Assembly (NCBI RefSeq): GCF_009834535.1
Contig: NC_045697.1
Span: 75,828,001-75,892,000, forward strand
Origin: Camelus ferus
Taxonomy: Eukaryota
Length of the DNA: 64,000 nucleotides
Reading direction: 5' to 3'
Under the pieces are notes generated by a model. It did not search any database. It was not told where the DNA came from and was given only the letters and a program-made list of their open reading frames with translations. Made by a program: the position numbers and the translations under genes. Positions 23,183 through 36,502 of this stretch are shown one piece after another. Each line of letters starts with the position of its first letter. Position 1 is the first letter of the stretch.

Positions 23183-25106
23183 ATTTGGAAATAGAAACTA
23201 CTGAACAAATATTTAAAGATCCATGCTGCTTAGATTAGAGACTGCCAGACCAAGAAGTAATATTCATTTTCCTCTTCCTTCTTTGAGTTTAGAAAACTCA
23301 AAGGAGAGATAAAGTCTTTGCCATCATTCCTACCATTTGGCTTCCACCCAGTCTCCAGTACCATTTTCTCATGAGCATATTATTTTCCCCTTGCTCTTCC
23401 ATTCGTTCTATATGAAAAAAATCACCTGGAGTAGCACAAGAACCAGAGTGTTTAGTTTCATAAGCAGCCAATAGCTGGGGCTTCCTCCTCCCCCATTTCC
23501 CAAAGCAGGTCATGGTCAGTTACTGTTAGATTTTAACCTGAGATTCTTCTAATATGTGCACGTCCTTCTGCAAATTTATTAGACCAAGCCTATGATCCAG
23601 GGATTCCATAAATTAAGCACTTTATAGGAAGTAGAATGTTACACAAAGTTCAGCCAATTCCTCCTGCTCCAAAAATCCCCTATGCAAATGAAATCCATGT
23701 GTGACTGGGACAACAGATTAGTCTGTGGTTCTCTACTGACAATAGCCCAGAGTCACCCTTGTCCCATCAAGTCAAGGAAGAGCCTAAGTGACCGCTCAGC
23801 AGGTTCCTTGAGGACACCAAGGCACCCAGCATTGAGAATCATGCCCCAGACACTTCCACAAAGAGACCCAGGAGGAAATCAGACTTCCTCAATTCAAACT
23901 GTGGGGAAAGTTCTAAATAATGAAAGAGAATGGTGAGCATATTATCGTTGCTCTGAATGTAGATCATTAGCCTGGACATCTTTGTTTCTGGGTGTGAAAC
24001 AATCACAATTCATGAATCATACCACTGTCAAGACATAATAACTGTGGGGATCAGAAAAACCTTCAAAGGGTTCTTTAGTTTTAAAAAAATTATTCATTGA
24101 TTTAACCAAAAATTTACCTACAAGGTGACAGGCAGCAAATCGGGCAATGAAGGTGAGTGTGGATCAGTTCCTGTCCTTGAAGGGCTCACAATCAGGAAAG
24201 GGAATTCTTTCAGCTGTACTCAGTGCTGTGGAAGAAATTATATAAACCGTTCTCAGGAGAGAGAGGGAAGAGCAGCCTCTCGTGCTCGATACAAAGGAGG
24301 CTGTGTAGCTCATTGCTTAAGAGAACAAGCCCTGGAGACAGACTGCCCTGCCCCATAGCCCACCAGCAAGCCTCACAGGGTTTTAGGATGGAATGAGCTG
24401 GTGCACATCAGGCATGTGGTAAACACCCAACAATTGTAGCTCCTCTCCCCAAAGATGCCTGGCTTGTTCTACCCACTATTTGAAATGCTATCCTTGCCTC
24501 AGGCATAACTCCATTTCCCCCCTCATTATTGAATATTTATTCTCATCCCTCAACTTTTTATTAAAAATCTAAATATATACCATTGATGTTTATTAGCTGC
24601 TAAAAGCTGTTTCTAAGACTAATGAGGTTATTTTCTCCCCCACCCCCTGAAAAAGGTCAGGCTTGAAAGAAGCTATTTCCAAGGGCACAGCCAATTGGAA
24701 GTGACCCCAAGGGCAACACCAGGGAATCCTCAAGTCTCCCAACAGTCTAGGTAACCAAGTTTTTTTCAGTACACACAGGTACCCCTGAAGAGCCCCTGAA
24801 GAGATGGAGGGATTGCAACTGACAAATTTTAAGGCAGGATCACAACCAGTTTCAAAGACCTATTTAATTCCAAAGCCATCCTTGGGCTACAGTTTGGAGA
24901 TAGAGGTGGGGACAGATGTTTCCCCTCTTCCTCATTTTCCATAGAAAGAGGGGGAGATTTCTAAATTCCAGCCACAGGAGGAGAGAAAGGACTGGGAACA
25001 CTTCCTCAAGTAAGGAGGAATGGCGTCTGATTGGTGACGTGGGGAAGGAGGATCAGAATTTATCTTCAGTACCTTTCCCTCTGTTTTGGAGGACTTGGTC
25101 TCGGGA

Positions 25107-25559
25107 TGTTACAGGTTGCATGGTGTCCCTCTGAAAAAAAGATATGTTGAAATCCTATCCCCCATTACCTCAGAATCTTACTTTATTTGGAAATAGGTTT
25201 TTGCAGAGGTAATCGAGTTAAAATGAGGTCATTAGTGTGGTCCCTAATCCAATATGACTGATGTCTTTATGAAAAAGGGGAAATTTAGACACAGAGACAG
25301 ACACACATAGAGGGACTGCCGAGTGATGATGAAGGCAAAGATGGGAATTATGCTACCACAAGCCAGGAATATCTGGAGCTAGAGAAACTGGAAGAAGCAA
25401 GGAAGGGTCCTTCCCCTACAGGTCTCAGAGGGAGCATGGCCCAGCCCCTACCTTGATTTCAGGCTTCTGGCCTCCAGAACTGTGAGATAGTAAATTTCTG
25501 TTGTTCTCAGCCACCTAGCTTGTGGGACTTCGTTACAGAAGCCATAGCAAACTAATACA
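25107..25559 (+). mobile_element. MaLR solo LTR (MLT1C-like), complete
   Basis: TG...CA termini (TGTTACAGGTTG...AAACTAATACA); TTATTTGGAAATAGG, CCCTAATCCAATATGACTG, CTTCTGGCCTCCAGAACTGTGAGA. Confidence 0.9.
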
Positions 25560-25829
25560 CAAGACAAACCCTTCCTCTGTTCACTCTGCTGGCAATGACC
25601 TGGCCCTACAAAAAAAGCCTACATATCCTCCCCAGGCTGGAGTCAAACCGGGTTAAGTGTTGGCAGGGAGGTGGTGGGTCATATTAACAAACCCATTAGC
25701 CAGGCTCCTTCTCTAAACAGCTTTTATCTATATCACAGCCATTAGTTTGAGCAATGTCTTATTTCTCAATTTTTTCTTAATTTGAAGTAGGGAGTGAGGC
25801 CTGATTTCTGACCTAAACTCCAAATCTAG

Positions 25830-26020
25830 GCTGAGGCACACAGTTTACAAGTATTAACTCATTTAACCTTTGTAACAGCCATGTAAGAGTCTGTCTCACT
25901 GTTGTGCCCATTTTACAGATGAGAAAGTTTAGGCACGAAGAGGTTAAGTAACTACCCAAGGATAATGAGTGCTGAAGACTCGGTTATAGGCAGCTTGAGG
26001 CCAGAGTCTGTCCTTCCTGC
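25830..26020 (-). mobile_element. MIR SINE
   Basis: TATTAACTCATTTAACC...CCCATTTTACAGATGAGAAA...AGGTTAAGTAACTACCCAAGG. Confidence 0.85.
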
Positions 26021-26059
26021 CTCTGAAACGGCTACATTCCAAGGAGCAAGTCATTAAAT

Positions 26060-26284
26060 GGTCCCATTAAAAGAGATCCCATAGCCAAATATATATGAAA
26101 AGAAACCTGGGCGAGTAAAAGTAAACTTTTCTTTAATTTCTCCTGACCTTCTCAGAGCTTTTACAATGCCAATATGCCCTGTGATGCTATCAGGATATGG
26201 AATGCAGCATTTGACCAAAGAGCACTTTTCAGGGACGATCTCTTGGGACTAATGTGCTGAGGAATACCAGTTTGGGAAACACTG
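26060..26284. mobile_element. Old hAT-Charlie-type MER fragment
   Basis: Ends in a TIR-like TTTGGGAAACACTG preceded by ATCTCTTGGGACTAATGTGCT; family not resolved. Confidence 0.45.
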
Positions 26285-27370
26285 AGAGAGTACTTTGGGT
26301 AGGAGATACTCTTTGGTTTGGATACAGTTCCAGGATTTTTTATAATTTTTGTATGCCGATTAAGATACTCAGAAATCTCTTCATTTAAATTTTATAGACA
26401 CCTCTTTGGTTTACATACATAAGGCTGGGCCTTGATATCCAAGGGCAGAAGCTGACACAAATCCAAGCCACTGCAATAAAAAACAGTGCAATTGCTATAA
26501 CAGAGGTACAGAGCAAGGTCAACAGAAGGTAAGGCTCCATCTCTGGATGGAAGAAGGGATGATCCCATGGAGGAGCTGGGGTTTGAGCAGGCCATGAGGG
26601 TTAGGTAGGACTTCAAGCAGTCATTTGGATTAAGTACGTCAGGCCTGAACTGATTCTGCTCCAGGATGAGGTCAGCAATCCTGGCGACTCTAGAGGTCAG
26701 TTATGGTCTGAGAGTTTGTATAGGGGCATTACTCCTACAGCTAAGCAGAGACCTCAAATTGGTAGCCCCTAGGAAAGATGTGAGCAGCAGACCCTTGTTT
26801 GGCCAGCACAGTTTGGCTGGTGCATGTATGTGTAAGTGCAGGTTTAATTTAATCCATGTACTCTTGATTCCCACTGTCACTCCCACTTCACTCATCTGTC
26901 TGGTCCCTGATGGCAGCTGAGCTTCCATCTTCTAGGCTGGTACAGACACATGCTGCAGCTAAAAGATGTGATGCTTTCACTCCTCTATCAATGTTTCAAA
27001 ATGATGGGCAGTACCATGGAAAACATCGGGAGTTAGGTCCCTGATGAGGAATACTTATGAAATATTCCTCTGGAAATGGTTGGCTGATTCTTCCCACAAC
27101 ATCCCTCCAAAATAAATTCCCACTCCAGGGCAGTGGCATATATTTGTGCACTGAAGCATTTGAGTTCAGTAATTTTTATAATGGATTATATTACATTAAA
27201 CTTGGTAGCTCTGTCATCCTCTTAAATATGCTGGAAAAGAAGAAGCATAGGATGCCAAATAACTTAAAATATAAACTTTAAAAATCATTAGATAATGATC
27301 TGCAGGCCAACTAAGTCATTCTCCTTAGGGACTTCATATTTTTGCTTTAATATCTCTTGGGGTTAGTAAG

Positions 27371-27441
27371 GGAGAGTATAGATCAGTGGTAGAGTGCATG
27401 TTTAGCATGCACAAGGTCATGGGTTCGATCCCCAGTACCTC
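27371..27441 (+). mobile_element. vic-1-type SINE head without A-rich tail
   Basis: GGAGAGTATAGATCAGTGGTAGAGTGCATGTTTAGCATGCACAAGGTCATGGGTTCGATCCCCAGTACCTC. Confidence 0.9.
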
Positions 27442-28329
27442 TGAACACCTCTCATAGTTTTGGTTTTTGTTCTGTACTAGTATGGTTGTTTTGTTAATGT
27501 TCAGAAAGGTAAACACTGTATGTTTACAACATATTGTTATGGTTATAGGCACTTAAGTGCAATAAAATTTATCCCTACCTACAGTACCCTCAGTAGAAGT
27601 GTGACCACCAGGACTACTCTATGCCACTTTATAATTATGGCCATACAGGGTCTGGATAAAGATACCAAAAGGAAGATTTTACAAGCCTCTTTTCACCTTT
27701 TCTTCTCATTAGGGGCAGAGACAGGAAATCCTTCTCTTGACTTCCCCAGATTGGATTTAGCCCTCACAGCTTTAAGCTATGCCACAAACAGAACTGGACT
27801 TTTCTTTCCTCTTTGCACAGGCATTTTCCCATGTGACACTGCAATTCTGAGAGATCACAGGATTCTGCAGAGCAATAACACACAAACGCCCTAACTGCAT
27901 GCAGGCTTCCTTGCTTCCCCTCTGGGCATTCCTCTCCCTGTGGGTCATGGTGAGACCTGGGCAGAGCAGTGTGTCCATGTGCTTAGTCACAGGCTGGTGA
28001 GACATTGCTGTCAGTTTGCAGAAATCTTGTCTATGTCCTCCTCTCTAGGGCAGGGAAATGCATTCATGCTACTGCACTGAGAGGAGCCATACTTTGACAT
28101 GTTTATAAGTGAATGCAAAGCAATGTGTTGGAAACGGGGCAGGGGACAGAAAATTTTGCTTTTCATTATAAACCCAAAACTATTTCATTTGTTAACTAAG
28201 TATTCTTACTTTAATTAAAAATTATTTATATCCACCCTTGAATATTGGAGCTGCCCCATCCCTTTTCTCCCCTTTGCCAGGAGAGCTTCCTGAAAGAGCT
28301 GTCCACACTTCCTGTACAATATATCTTAT

Positions 28330-28670
28330 GTATTTATTTTTTTAAATCGAAGATAGTTGATGCACAATATTATATGTTTCAGGTGTATAACGTAGTGATT
28401 CAATTTTTAAAGGTTATACTCCATTGATAGTTATTATAAAATATTGGCTATCTTCCCCATGTTGTACAATATATCCTTGTAGCTTATTTATTTCATACAT
28501 AGTAGTTTGTACCTCGCAATCCCCTACCCCTATCATATCCCTTCCTTCTCCCCACTGGTCACCACTAGTTTGTTCTCTATATCTGTGAGTCTGCTTCTTT
28601 TTTGTTATATTCACTAGTTTGTTGTATTTTTTAGATTCCACATATAAGTGATATCATGCAGTATTTGTCC
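28330..28670 (-). mobile_element. L1 3'UTR fragment
   Basis: Same 3' end type as 12434 and 41371 (TTTCAGGTGTATAAC...ATATTGGCTAT...CCACTAGTTTGTTCTCTATATCTGTGAG). Confidence 0.9.
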
Positions 28671-28674
28671 CATA

Positions 28675-28795
28675 CTATCTATCTATATATATACTATATA
28701 TATATATAATATATACACACACACACACACACATATACATACATACATTTATATACACACACACATATACATACATACATATATATATATATATT
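28675..28795. repeat. Compound (TA)n/(CA)n/(TACA)n microsatellite
   Basis: Directly visible. Confidence 0.95.
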
Positions 28796-28849
28796 TGGAG
28801 GGGGTTATTGAACTATACATACAATATATTTTGAAAAGTTATAATGTGT

Positions 28850-29540
28850 ACCTGAATTTTATCCAACATATGCAAATAAGCTTTAAATATTCTACTAGTG
28901 TTAAAAGGCTTTCATGAAAACTGACACTCCCCTTGCCCAGTCTACAATCCTGGCCCCCCCCCCAACCCCACTCTCAGTGGAAACTTCTTTCAGTTTTTAT
29001 GCTGTTTCTACTAGTAATTACTGACATATTTTTATAGTATTGTATTGCTATTTCTTGATCTATTTTAAACATTTTCTAAACACCTCCTGTTAAAAAAGTT
29101 AAAGTATGTCATCACACCCACATACACACACACAACTTCCTTTTCCTTCTTCACCCCCTCCATGTAGACTTATAACTTTTGGCTAAGTCAGCAGACATTA
29201 CTAGGACCAGTAAATATTCCCTGTTTAACTCAAGTTGCATGTTATGAATATTTCCTCTTCATATAACATTTTGTTTTTCCTGGAGTTGAAACTGCCTTTG
29301 CTTAGCCTCCTGTGAGTTTACCATTTATTTTTTTTCCAAATGTGTCAGTAGACTTGGTGAATCTTTACCAGTAATTTTTCCCAAATGTTTGACCACATCA
29401 GTTCCACTTTTCATTTGGTGACCTCTCTCCAAAAGCCCTCTATCTTCTTGCTCTAGGCAGGAAAGTTTGGTTGCCCTCTAGGAAAGCTTGGTTGCCCTCT
29501 AGATAAAGCTCTCATCACAATTCTCCTCTGTTCGACCCCC
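28850..29540 (-). mobile_element. HAL1-like fragment
   Basis: TGCTGTTTCTACTAGTAATTAC...TTGCTATTTCTTGAT...ATAACATTTTGTTTTTCCTGGAGTT resembles the reverse complement of the HAL1 3' region. Confidence 0.6.
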
Positions 29541-29628
29541 TTGCATTAATCAAGGTGGAATAACTGCCATTATGACCGGATCCCAAATGCATAAAAAGGC
29601 ATACTATCAATGTTTACTTCTTGTTCAC

Positions 29629-29788
29629 TGATATGGACCGAATTGTGTCCCCCACTAAATTCATATGTTGGAACTGTAATCCCAATGTGACTGTATTTGG
29701 AGATAGGGCTTTTAGGAGGTAAATAAGATTAATGAAGTGATAAAGATGGGGCCTTAATCCAACAGGATTGGTGGTCTTATAAGAAGAG
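29629..29788 (+). mobile_element. MaLR LTR 5' part (MLT1A/B-like)
   Basis: TGATATGGACCGAATTGTGTCCCCC...AATTCATATGTTG...GTGACTGTATTTGGAGATAGGGC...CTTATAAGAAGAG; an L2 piece follows at ~29800-30050. Confidence 0.85.
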
Positions 29789-31089
29789 TGCAGAAATTTC
29801 TAACTTGATGTGTACAAAACTGAATTTTTAACTTTTTTCCCTTAAATCTATTCTTCCCCACAGTCTTCCTTATGTCAATAACTGGCTCCACCCAGAAGCT
29901 AAAGCCAGACACCTATGAGTCACACTTGTTTCCTCCTTTTCTATCACCTCCTTCTCCTTAAATCTGTTAACAAATCCTATCCCTAATCTGTGAACTCCTC
30001 TCCATCTCCAAGCCATTATCCCTGGTCAATAACCATTGTCTTCTGTCTGTAACAAAAGACAGCAACCAAGTCAAATAAGATTCTGGCCTCAAATCTGTGA
30101 CAATTACTGAGGTCTCCTACATTGGAGCTGCCAACAGCCACAGGGACACATCTTCTGATGATGGGGTGGGGGAAATCCCTCACTCACTCAGACCCTTTTG
30201 CCTTTGTATACCCCAACTGATACTTCTCCCTCCATCCTCCAAAAAGTAAAATTTTTTCCATTAATTTTTCAAATGTTTTAAATCTTTTATTAAAACAATG
30301 CTGAGATGATCTTTAAAGCAAGTCATTGTAATAGAAACCATCAAAATGATACAGAAATCAGAAGAAGCAACAATAAAATTTTTCCATTTGGGAAAGGGAG
30401 AAAAACACAACTATGAAAGTATTCCTTTGCTTTTTTCTCTCTGCCACCCAAGTTCTATTTGTACTTGACAAGGCCAAACTTTTCGCCTTGTTAGGAACTG
30501 CAAGGATTTTTCCATTTTTCTCTTTTTTTTTTTTTCTCCCCAGACCACAGCAGTTCTCTTCCAATATAGCTGGTTGACTTTAATTTTTCACCATAATCCC
30601 ACTGGATTTCCCTTGCCATTTTCTCTAGAGAATGTGATTTGAGTACCTATTTCAGTGCCAAAAAGGATATTTTAGTTGGATTTTTTTTTTAAATCCCTGA
30701 TTACAACTCACTGAAGCTGGGATGCTCCAAGATAGAAAATGACTTTTTCTTTCAGACATGTTTTTATTTGGCGGGAATTATGCATCTGTCTTTCTGTGAA
30801 GACTTCGCAGGAGGGATTCTGAAGGACTGACAAATTGTCTTTTTAAAGGTGGTCTCAACTTGCTTTGCTTTATTGACTGTTTCATTTGTTTCCTTAACAT
30901 TTCTGCAATTTGGAGCATTTCTGCTCATGTAAAGGACGAGCAGTATAGTGGCTCAGACTGCAGCAGTCATGAGCCCACCTGCTTAGGTGACACAATCCCA
31001 GCCTGGCTACTTCGCTGTGTGACCATGGACAGGTCACGTAACCTTTATTTCAGTTTCCCCATCCTACTGACATAAGGTTGAGATATGCT

Positions 31090-31830
31090 CAGCACATTCT
31101 AAGTGCAATGTAGGTGCTTATGTCTAAAGGCTCGGGTATACATTTGTTGCTAGGGATCAGATGAAAGGCGAGACTGACACCATCTTGTTTTATGGAGCTT
31201 TCTAGCTGTAGCTTTAAGCAACATGCCAAGGGAAAATGCTTAATAGGGTGTGATGAATATTAACACTCAACGTGAGCTAATATTGCACAGTAAGACAGGT
31301 AGATAATTAAGCAGCCTAAGAGGTGTACTAACTTATGATAGAAGTTTAGGGTGCTACAGGAGCACCCACTAGGATGTCTAAATTAAGTCCTGAAGGAGGA
31401 GTTACCCAGAAAAAGAAAAGGAAAGGAGTTCCCAGAAGAGGAAACCAGAGAGCGTCACTGGTTTAAGCAAACTAGAAGTTTAACGTAGTGACGAATGGAT
31501 GCTGGGAGTGGCAAAATTAACAAATGGAGTGGTAGGCAGAAATCAAGTCATTAATAGAGCTTTCCAGCTATACTCGGAGTTGACTTCATCCTGAGAAATG
31601 GGAGACATGAGAAACCATGTAATGGGCTCAAATAGGGGGTGATAAAATCAGAATGGCATTTTAGAAAAAGCCTGCTGGCTCCAGAAGATGGAATGTAATG
31701 GAGGAGGCCAAGATTGGAGGCAGGACACCCGTTGGGAAGCTGCTGCAGGTTCTAAGTTCTAAGTGAGGGCTGGAAGGTGGTGACCTGGGACAAGGTCATG
31801 ACAACAGGATGGAGAGACAGGGTGTCCTCT
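31090..31830 (-). mobile_element. L2 fragments
   Basis: GGTGCTACAGGAGCAC, TGACTTCATCCTGAG, GTGATAAAATCAGAATGGCATTTTAGAAA, GGAGGCAGGACACC..GGGAAGCTGCTGCAG are typical antisense L2 segments. Confidence 0.7.
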
Positions 31831-33301
31831 GCTTTGGTGAGCACTCCATGTCTTCAGTTTGAATCTTCTTCCTTCCTATGTAGATTCCACAGTGACTGTT
31901 TCTTTGGCTCACCTCTCACCTACTGCAGTGAAGGGTATTGTTTGTCCTCCTGAAACTTCCTAAAATGTCCTGCCACAGCAGCAAGCACCAGAGGAGAGTT
32001 CACCAGCTTTGCTGCTTGCAGTGCTAATTGACTCCCATAAAGAGAACAATTCTTCATCAAATATCGCTTGAGGCTCTGTACCACTTGTTTTACCCGCTGC
32101 CATCTGGAGCTACCCCCAGCTATGTCATGTGACCGCAGTGCCGCCAAGATGATTAGGATGGCAGTTTTCCAACTAGCAAGTTAATGTTTACCCCGCTGGG
32201 AGGAGAAGGGCAAGTACTTCTTCATAAAATAAAATAATGAGTTACAAACTTCTACACCACCTGACCAGAGTGTATCCAATTACTTATAAATAATTCCTTA
32301 GAAATGACCTGGGTGTTGGGCAGTGGGGAGGGTAAATAAGCTCTGTCATGGGAGCCCAACCCTAATCTGTTAATCCACCATGAGAGTTCATTGTGACTGC
32401 CATGACATAGAGGTTGTGGGTTGTGATAAGTGAGCAGTAAATATCTAGTCAAATAAAGAGGAAATGCCATTTTAGAGGTCATTGGCCTCACTGTGATTCT
32501 CCTTGACCATTATGGGATTTGGGTAGGAGGTTAGTTTTATGGTTTGTTTTTCTTTCTGTTGTCATCTTTGCTCAATACAAGCCCTGATTGGAATAGCCTC
32601 AAGCAAAATTGTAAGTAAGGGTGGTGAATTTAAACAGCATTTTTGACTTTCCACTGCTGATTGCTTTCCAGCCTTCTGTGCCTTCACCTGATGCTCTCCT
32701 GAAAGTAGGAAAATGGATAAACAAATTCACAATAAGACTTCAGTTTGTGTGTCTTAGTGTAAGGTGAACCCAGGCCCAAAGAAGCAAAGGTGATCTGACT
32801 CAGGGGCCTGAGAAATTCGCTGAAAAACATGAATTTAGGTTCATGAAGATAACAAGAGGAAGTGCAAGTCAGAACTAGTTCAACTGAGATCAATGTTCAA
32901 TCTGAGAGCCATGAACAAGTCTTCGTCCGCTCCTCCCCTCTGGTTATGCCCTCTGCAACTTTAACTTTTAACTTCACAAACTGTACAACACCCTAACTTC
33001 AGATCTTTAACTGCCATACTGTAGCAAGCTCATGGTACTTATGCAAAAAGTCCTTTGGCCAGAAATAGGTTAAGTCATATCACATTGAACTATGCCCACT
33101 CCAACATAATAAACTTATAAATCCCTCTCTGAAAACAATGGCCTCAAACCTACACTTCAAGTTCATGGAAACTTCCATCTTTATCCCTTTTCCCAACCTC
33201 AGCCCTTCCTAGATTCAGAGCCTCTCTAATCAAACCTGAATTCCATTCACTGAAATTTAAATTTATCAGGTTTGTACTTTATGTTAGACATTCTTCTAGA
33301 C

Positions 33302-33469
33302 CAGTTCTTCTCATCTTTGGCTGTAGACTGGAATTATTCAGAGACTTTAAAAAGTACTGTGCCTGGGACCCACCCAAAGATTCCAATTTAATTTGTTCAT
33401 GGTGCAGTTTAGTCATCAGGAATTTCTAAAGCTCTCCAGGTGATTATAATCCACAGAGAAGTACCATTG
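33302..33469. mobile_element. MER5B-like hAT element
   Basis: CAGTTCTTCTCATCTTTGGCTG...GCCTGGGACCCACCCAAAGATTCCAATTTAATT...AAAGCTCTCCAGGTGATT; lies among L2 fragments extending to ~34480. Confidence 0.75.
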
Positions 33470-34754
33470 CTCCAGGTACTGGAGATTCAGCAATGAGCAA
33501 ACAAATAAAGCAGAACTCTTATTCTAACAAGTTCAAATTCTGTCCTTCCTCTTATTACCACCTGCCTAATTCTTTTGCAGCTTATCCTTTCGATGGCACT
33601 TGCTCTTCCAGGTCCTAGATGAAGCCACCTAACCACTGTTCCTTCTCAAGCACCCAGGTGTCCTGGCACAGCTGTGTGAAACACAGAACTCTGCTGATAA
33701 GCTTCATTACAAATTTATGAGCTCCATTCTCAGTTTGGCTCTCAACACTGGCAATTTTTTACTTATCTTTTGCCAGCTTCCTTTCTCATTTCTGATAGCA
33801 GATATTTCAAATCTTCATTTTGTTCTTAAAAACCCGTATCAAGATCCTGTCTTTCTCACTCTTGGTGGTTAACTCAACTTCTCTTTCACAAAGAAAATAG
33901 TAGCCAGCATAGTGAACTCCCTCTTCTTCCCTTCCACCTTAACATTGCGTACCTTTCCTCTCCCTTGTATCTTGAATTTCTCTTTATGGCCATATCCTTC
34001 TCTACTCTCTACAAATGTCCTCAAGCATCTGTCTATTAAACCTGATTAGAATCAGTCTATTTGCTCTCTCCTCTTTCTTTTATTGATGTATATGTCTTGA
34101 AATATTCTTTATATTCAGAGCCTCTACCTCCATTTCTCCACTTCGCCCTCCTGAATTGCAATTTGACTTCCACTGCTATCATTCTACAGCTAGGCTTTCC
34201 AAACTTTTCCATGTTGTGGCAACCAGAGAAAATTACTATATTTATTTAGCATCCAGAGAACAAAAATCAAGGTCACTCTAGCCCTGCCCTGGCCATGTCA
34301 GGAACTTAAGTGGCTTAGTTTTCAGCTCACTTGCAATCCTCCATGACTCCCCAGGCTACCTTGGCACACCAGGTGGGAGGCTTGGCTCCACTGAAACTAC
34401 CCTGGCAAAGGACACCAGTGACCTCACTAACAAATGCAGTGTCCGCTGCTCTGTCCTCATCCATTTTACAGCAGAGTTTATTGATCAGGGAAATTCTTTA
34501 TTTAAAATGACCACAGTTTGGTCAAGAGAATGTGGGATTGGAGGCCAGGAAGTAGGTGGAGATGAGGTGAGCAGGCTACTTCCCTTTCGCTGTCTCCTTG
34601 ATGGAAGCCCAGGCGCTCAGGAGGATCAACAGGCAATGCCTGGGGAATCCATGGTCAGACTATGTGGCCACAGAAGGTCATTTGCTACAGGCAAAGCGCC
34701 CCTAGTCTTAACTAAGACGTTGCTAAAATGTGACACTCAAGAGTAATTTTTTGT

Positions 34755-34846
34755 GGGGAGGATACAGCTCAATGGTAGAGCCTGAGCATGCACAAGGTCC
34801 TGGGTTCAATCCCCAGTACCTCCATTAACAACAATAACAAAAAAAA
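34755..34846 (+). mobile_element. vic-1-type SINE with small internal deletion
   Basis: GGGGAGGATACAGCTCAATGGTAGAGCCTGAGCATGCACAAGGTCCTGGGTTCAATCCCCAGTACCTCC plus A-rich tail. Confidence 0.92.
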
Positions 34847-35346
34847 GAGAATCCTTTCGTGTATTACTGTACCCCTAGAATGTTTTCACAAATTAATTAA
34901 GATTCAGAGCATGGGTTATCTACGTATTTCTGAGGAGAGGCCATTTAGGGAGTCTTTGCATTACAAACTTTAGGATGATTTTTGTTGGGTGTGGTTTAAC
35001 TTGGGATTGTCCACAACATCCTTGCGTAAATGCCTCCCTTACTTTCATGTTGGCTTCATTTTTCTCCCAGTTGTCCCTTACTATAAAGGTAAGGTTTGGC
35101 CTGATAAGAGCAATTTCTCACCAAATAACAGGGGACAGAATGTCAACAACTTGGCTACATTTAAGCTGTATAGTAGTTGATATGGTGGGAGGGGGTTTGA
35201 GAAGGTGACTCACTAAGTTGAATTCTGAGGTCATTGACCTCTTCAATTTGCCCTATTGTGCCTATTCCCAACTAGGCTGAGGATGCTGGAGTTCACTTTC
35301 TTAGAAATATCCTATCATAAACCACCGGCATGGACTCCTAACACTC

Positions 35347-35855
35347 TGCAGGGATTTGTGCTGGTTATTCTCTATTTGCCCATCCAGATCCATTCGCACC
35401 CATCTCAGCTCTGTTCTTTACTCCTGGACACTGCATCTTTACCAACGACATCATCGGGGCTTCCTTACCCTTCAGCTTTGGGTTAGGGTCACTTATCAGC
35501 AGGCAGTCTGAGGGCAGGAGGAAAGAGAGGTCAGGAACACTGTTCTTCTCACTCTCCCTGCTCTTGCTACAGTTCTGGGTGGCTACATTCCTCCACCTAA
35601 GGCCCCAGCTCCTGTCCAGAAGCCCCTTTTCACAGAGCCGCCTCTTACCTAGTGCTGGGAACATCTTTCCCTTTCTTCCCCCTTAAGGCAGCTCTCAAGG
35701 TGGTAATGACTTCCCAGTATCCTTGGGTGCTTCATCATTTCTTGTTACATCTTTGTACTGGCCTTTCTGACCACACCCTTTATAAAGTCATTAAAGTCTT
35801 TGTAGTTACACTTTTTGGGTATGTCATCTTTTTCCTGCCAAGGCCCCAGGGCACG
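35347..35855 (+). mobile_element. ERVL solo LTR (LTR33-like)
   Basis: CAGGGATTTGTGCTGGTTATTCTCTATTTGCCCATCCAGATCCA...GAGGGCAGGAGGAAAGAGAGGTCAGG...GTGGCTACATTCCTCCACCTAAGGCCCCAGCTCCTGTC matches LTR33 as I recall it. Confidence 0.75.
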
Positions 35856-36210
35856 TATGGTTTAGCATTTCGGTGAGTATAATTCCAGTTGTCATTCTAT
35901 GTTTTCCTCTTAACTTTTTCTACTAATTTAGTTACCTACAACTTTAATCACCTAGTGTGTTTCAAAGGGTATTATCCTAAGGGTGGAGGGGCAGTGGGAG
36001 GTGAGAAGCTGTTGGCACTCGTAGAAACAATTAAAGTGGGTTCTCGGCAAAATGGCATGTCATCCATGCGCTTGGGTTGAAAACCTTTGAAAACAAATGT
36101 GAAATAAGGACAATTAAGCTTTAAGTTACTTCCAGGTGAGATATGACTACATTTTGATCAGTGTAATTGTAATGTGTTCATCTTATTTTCCTAACTGTAC
36201 TGAGAACGCT

Positions 36211-36272
36211 TGGTTTTTTTTAATGGAGGTACTGGGGACTGAACCCAGGACCTCTTGCATGCTAAGTATGCA
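36211..36272 (-). mobile_element. 5'-truncated vic-1-type SINE with 15-bp TSD
   Basis: TTAATGGAGGTACTGGGGACTGAACCCAGGACCTCTTGCATGCTAAG; TGTACTGAGAAC(G/A)CT at 36196-36210 and 36273-36287. Confidence 0.93.
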
Positions 36273-36367
36273 TGTACTGAGAACACTCTGAAACCAGAGA
36301 CACAGGCTGTACTTTTGTCTCTCTTATAAAACTCAGTATTTTCAATAGTAAATTCTACAGTGCTACA

Positions 36368-36502
36368 TGATCCACAGTTGATTGAATTTGCGGATACGAG
36401 GAACTGAGAATATGGAGGGCCAACTATAAATTATTCTTGCATTTTCAGCTGTGCAGAGGGTTGGCTCCCCTAACCCTTGAATTGTTCAAATGTCAACTGT
36501 GT
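36368..36502. mobile_element. Tigger2-family (TcMar) terminal fragment
   Basis: GTTGATTGAATTTGCGGATACGAGGAAC...TATGGAGGGCCAACTATA...CCCTAACCCTTGAATTGTTCAAATGTCAACTGT. Confidence 0.75.

Noticed and set aside
30505..30575. Strong + strand acceptor (poly-T...CCCCAG) and nearby short - strand ORFs
   Set aside because: No good matching donor or recognisable product; poly-T tracts create such acceptors by chance.
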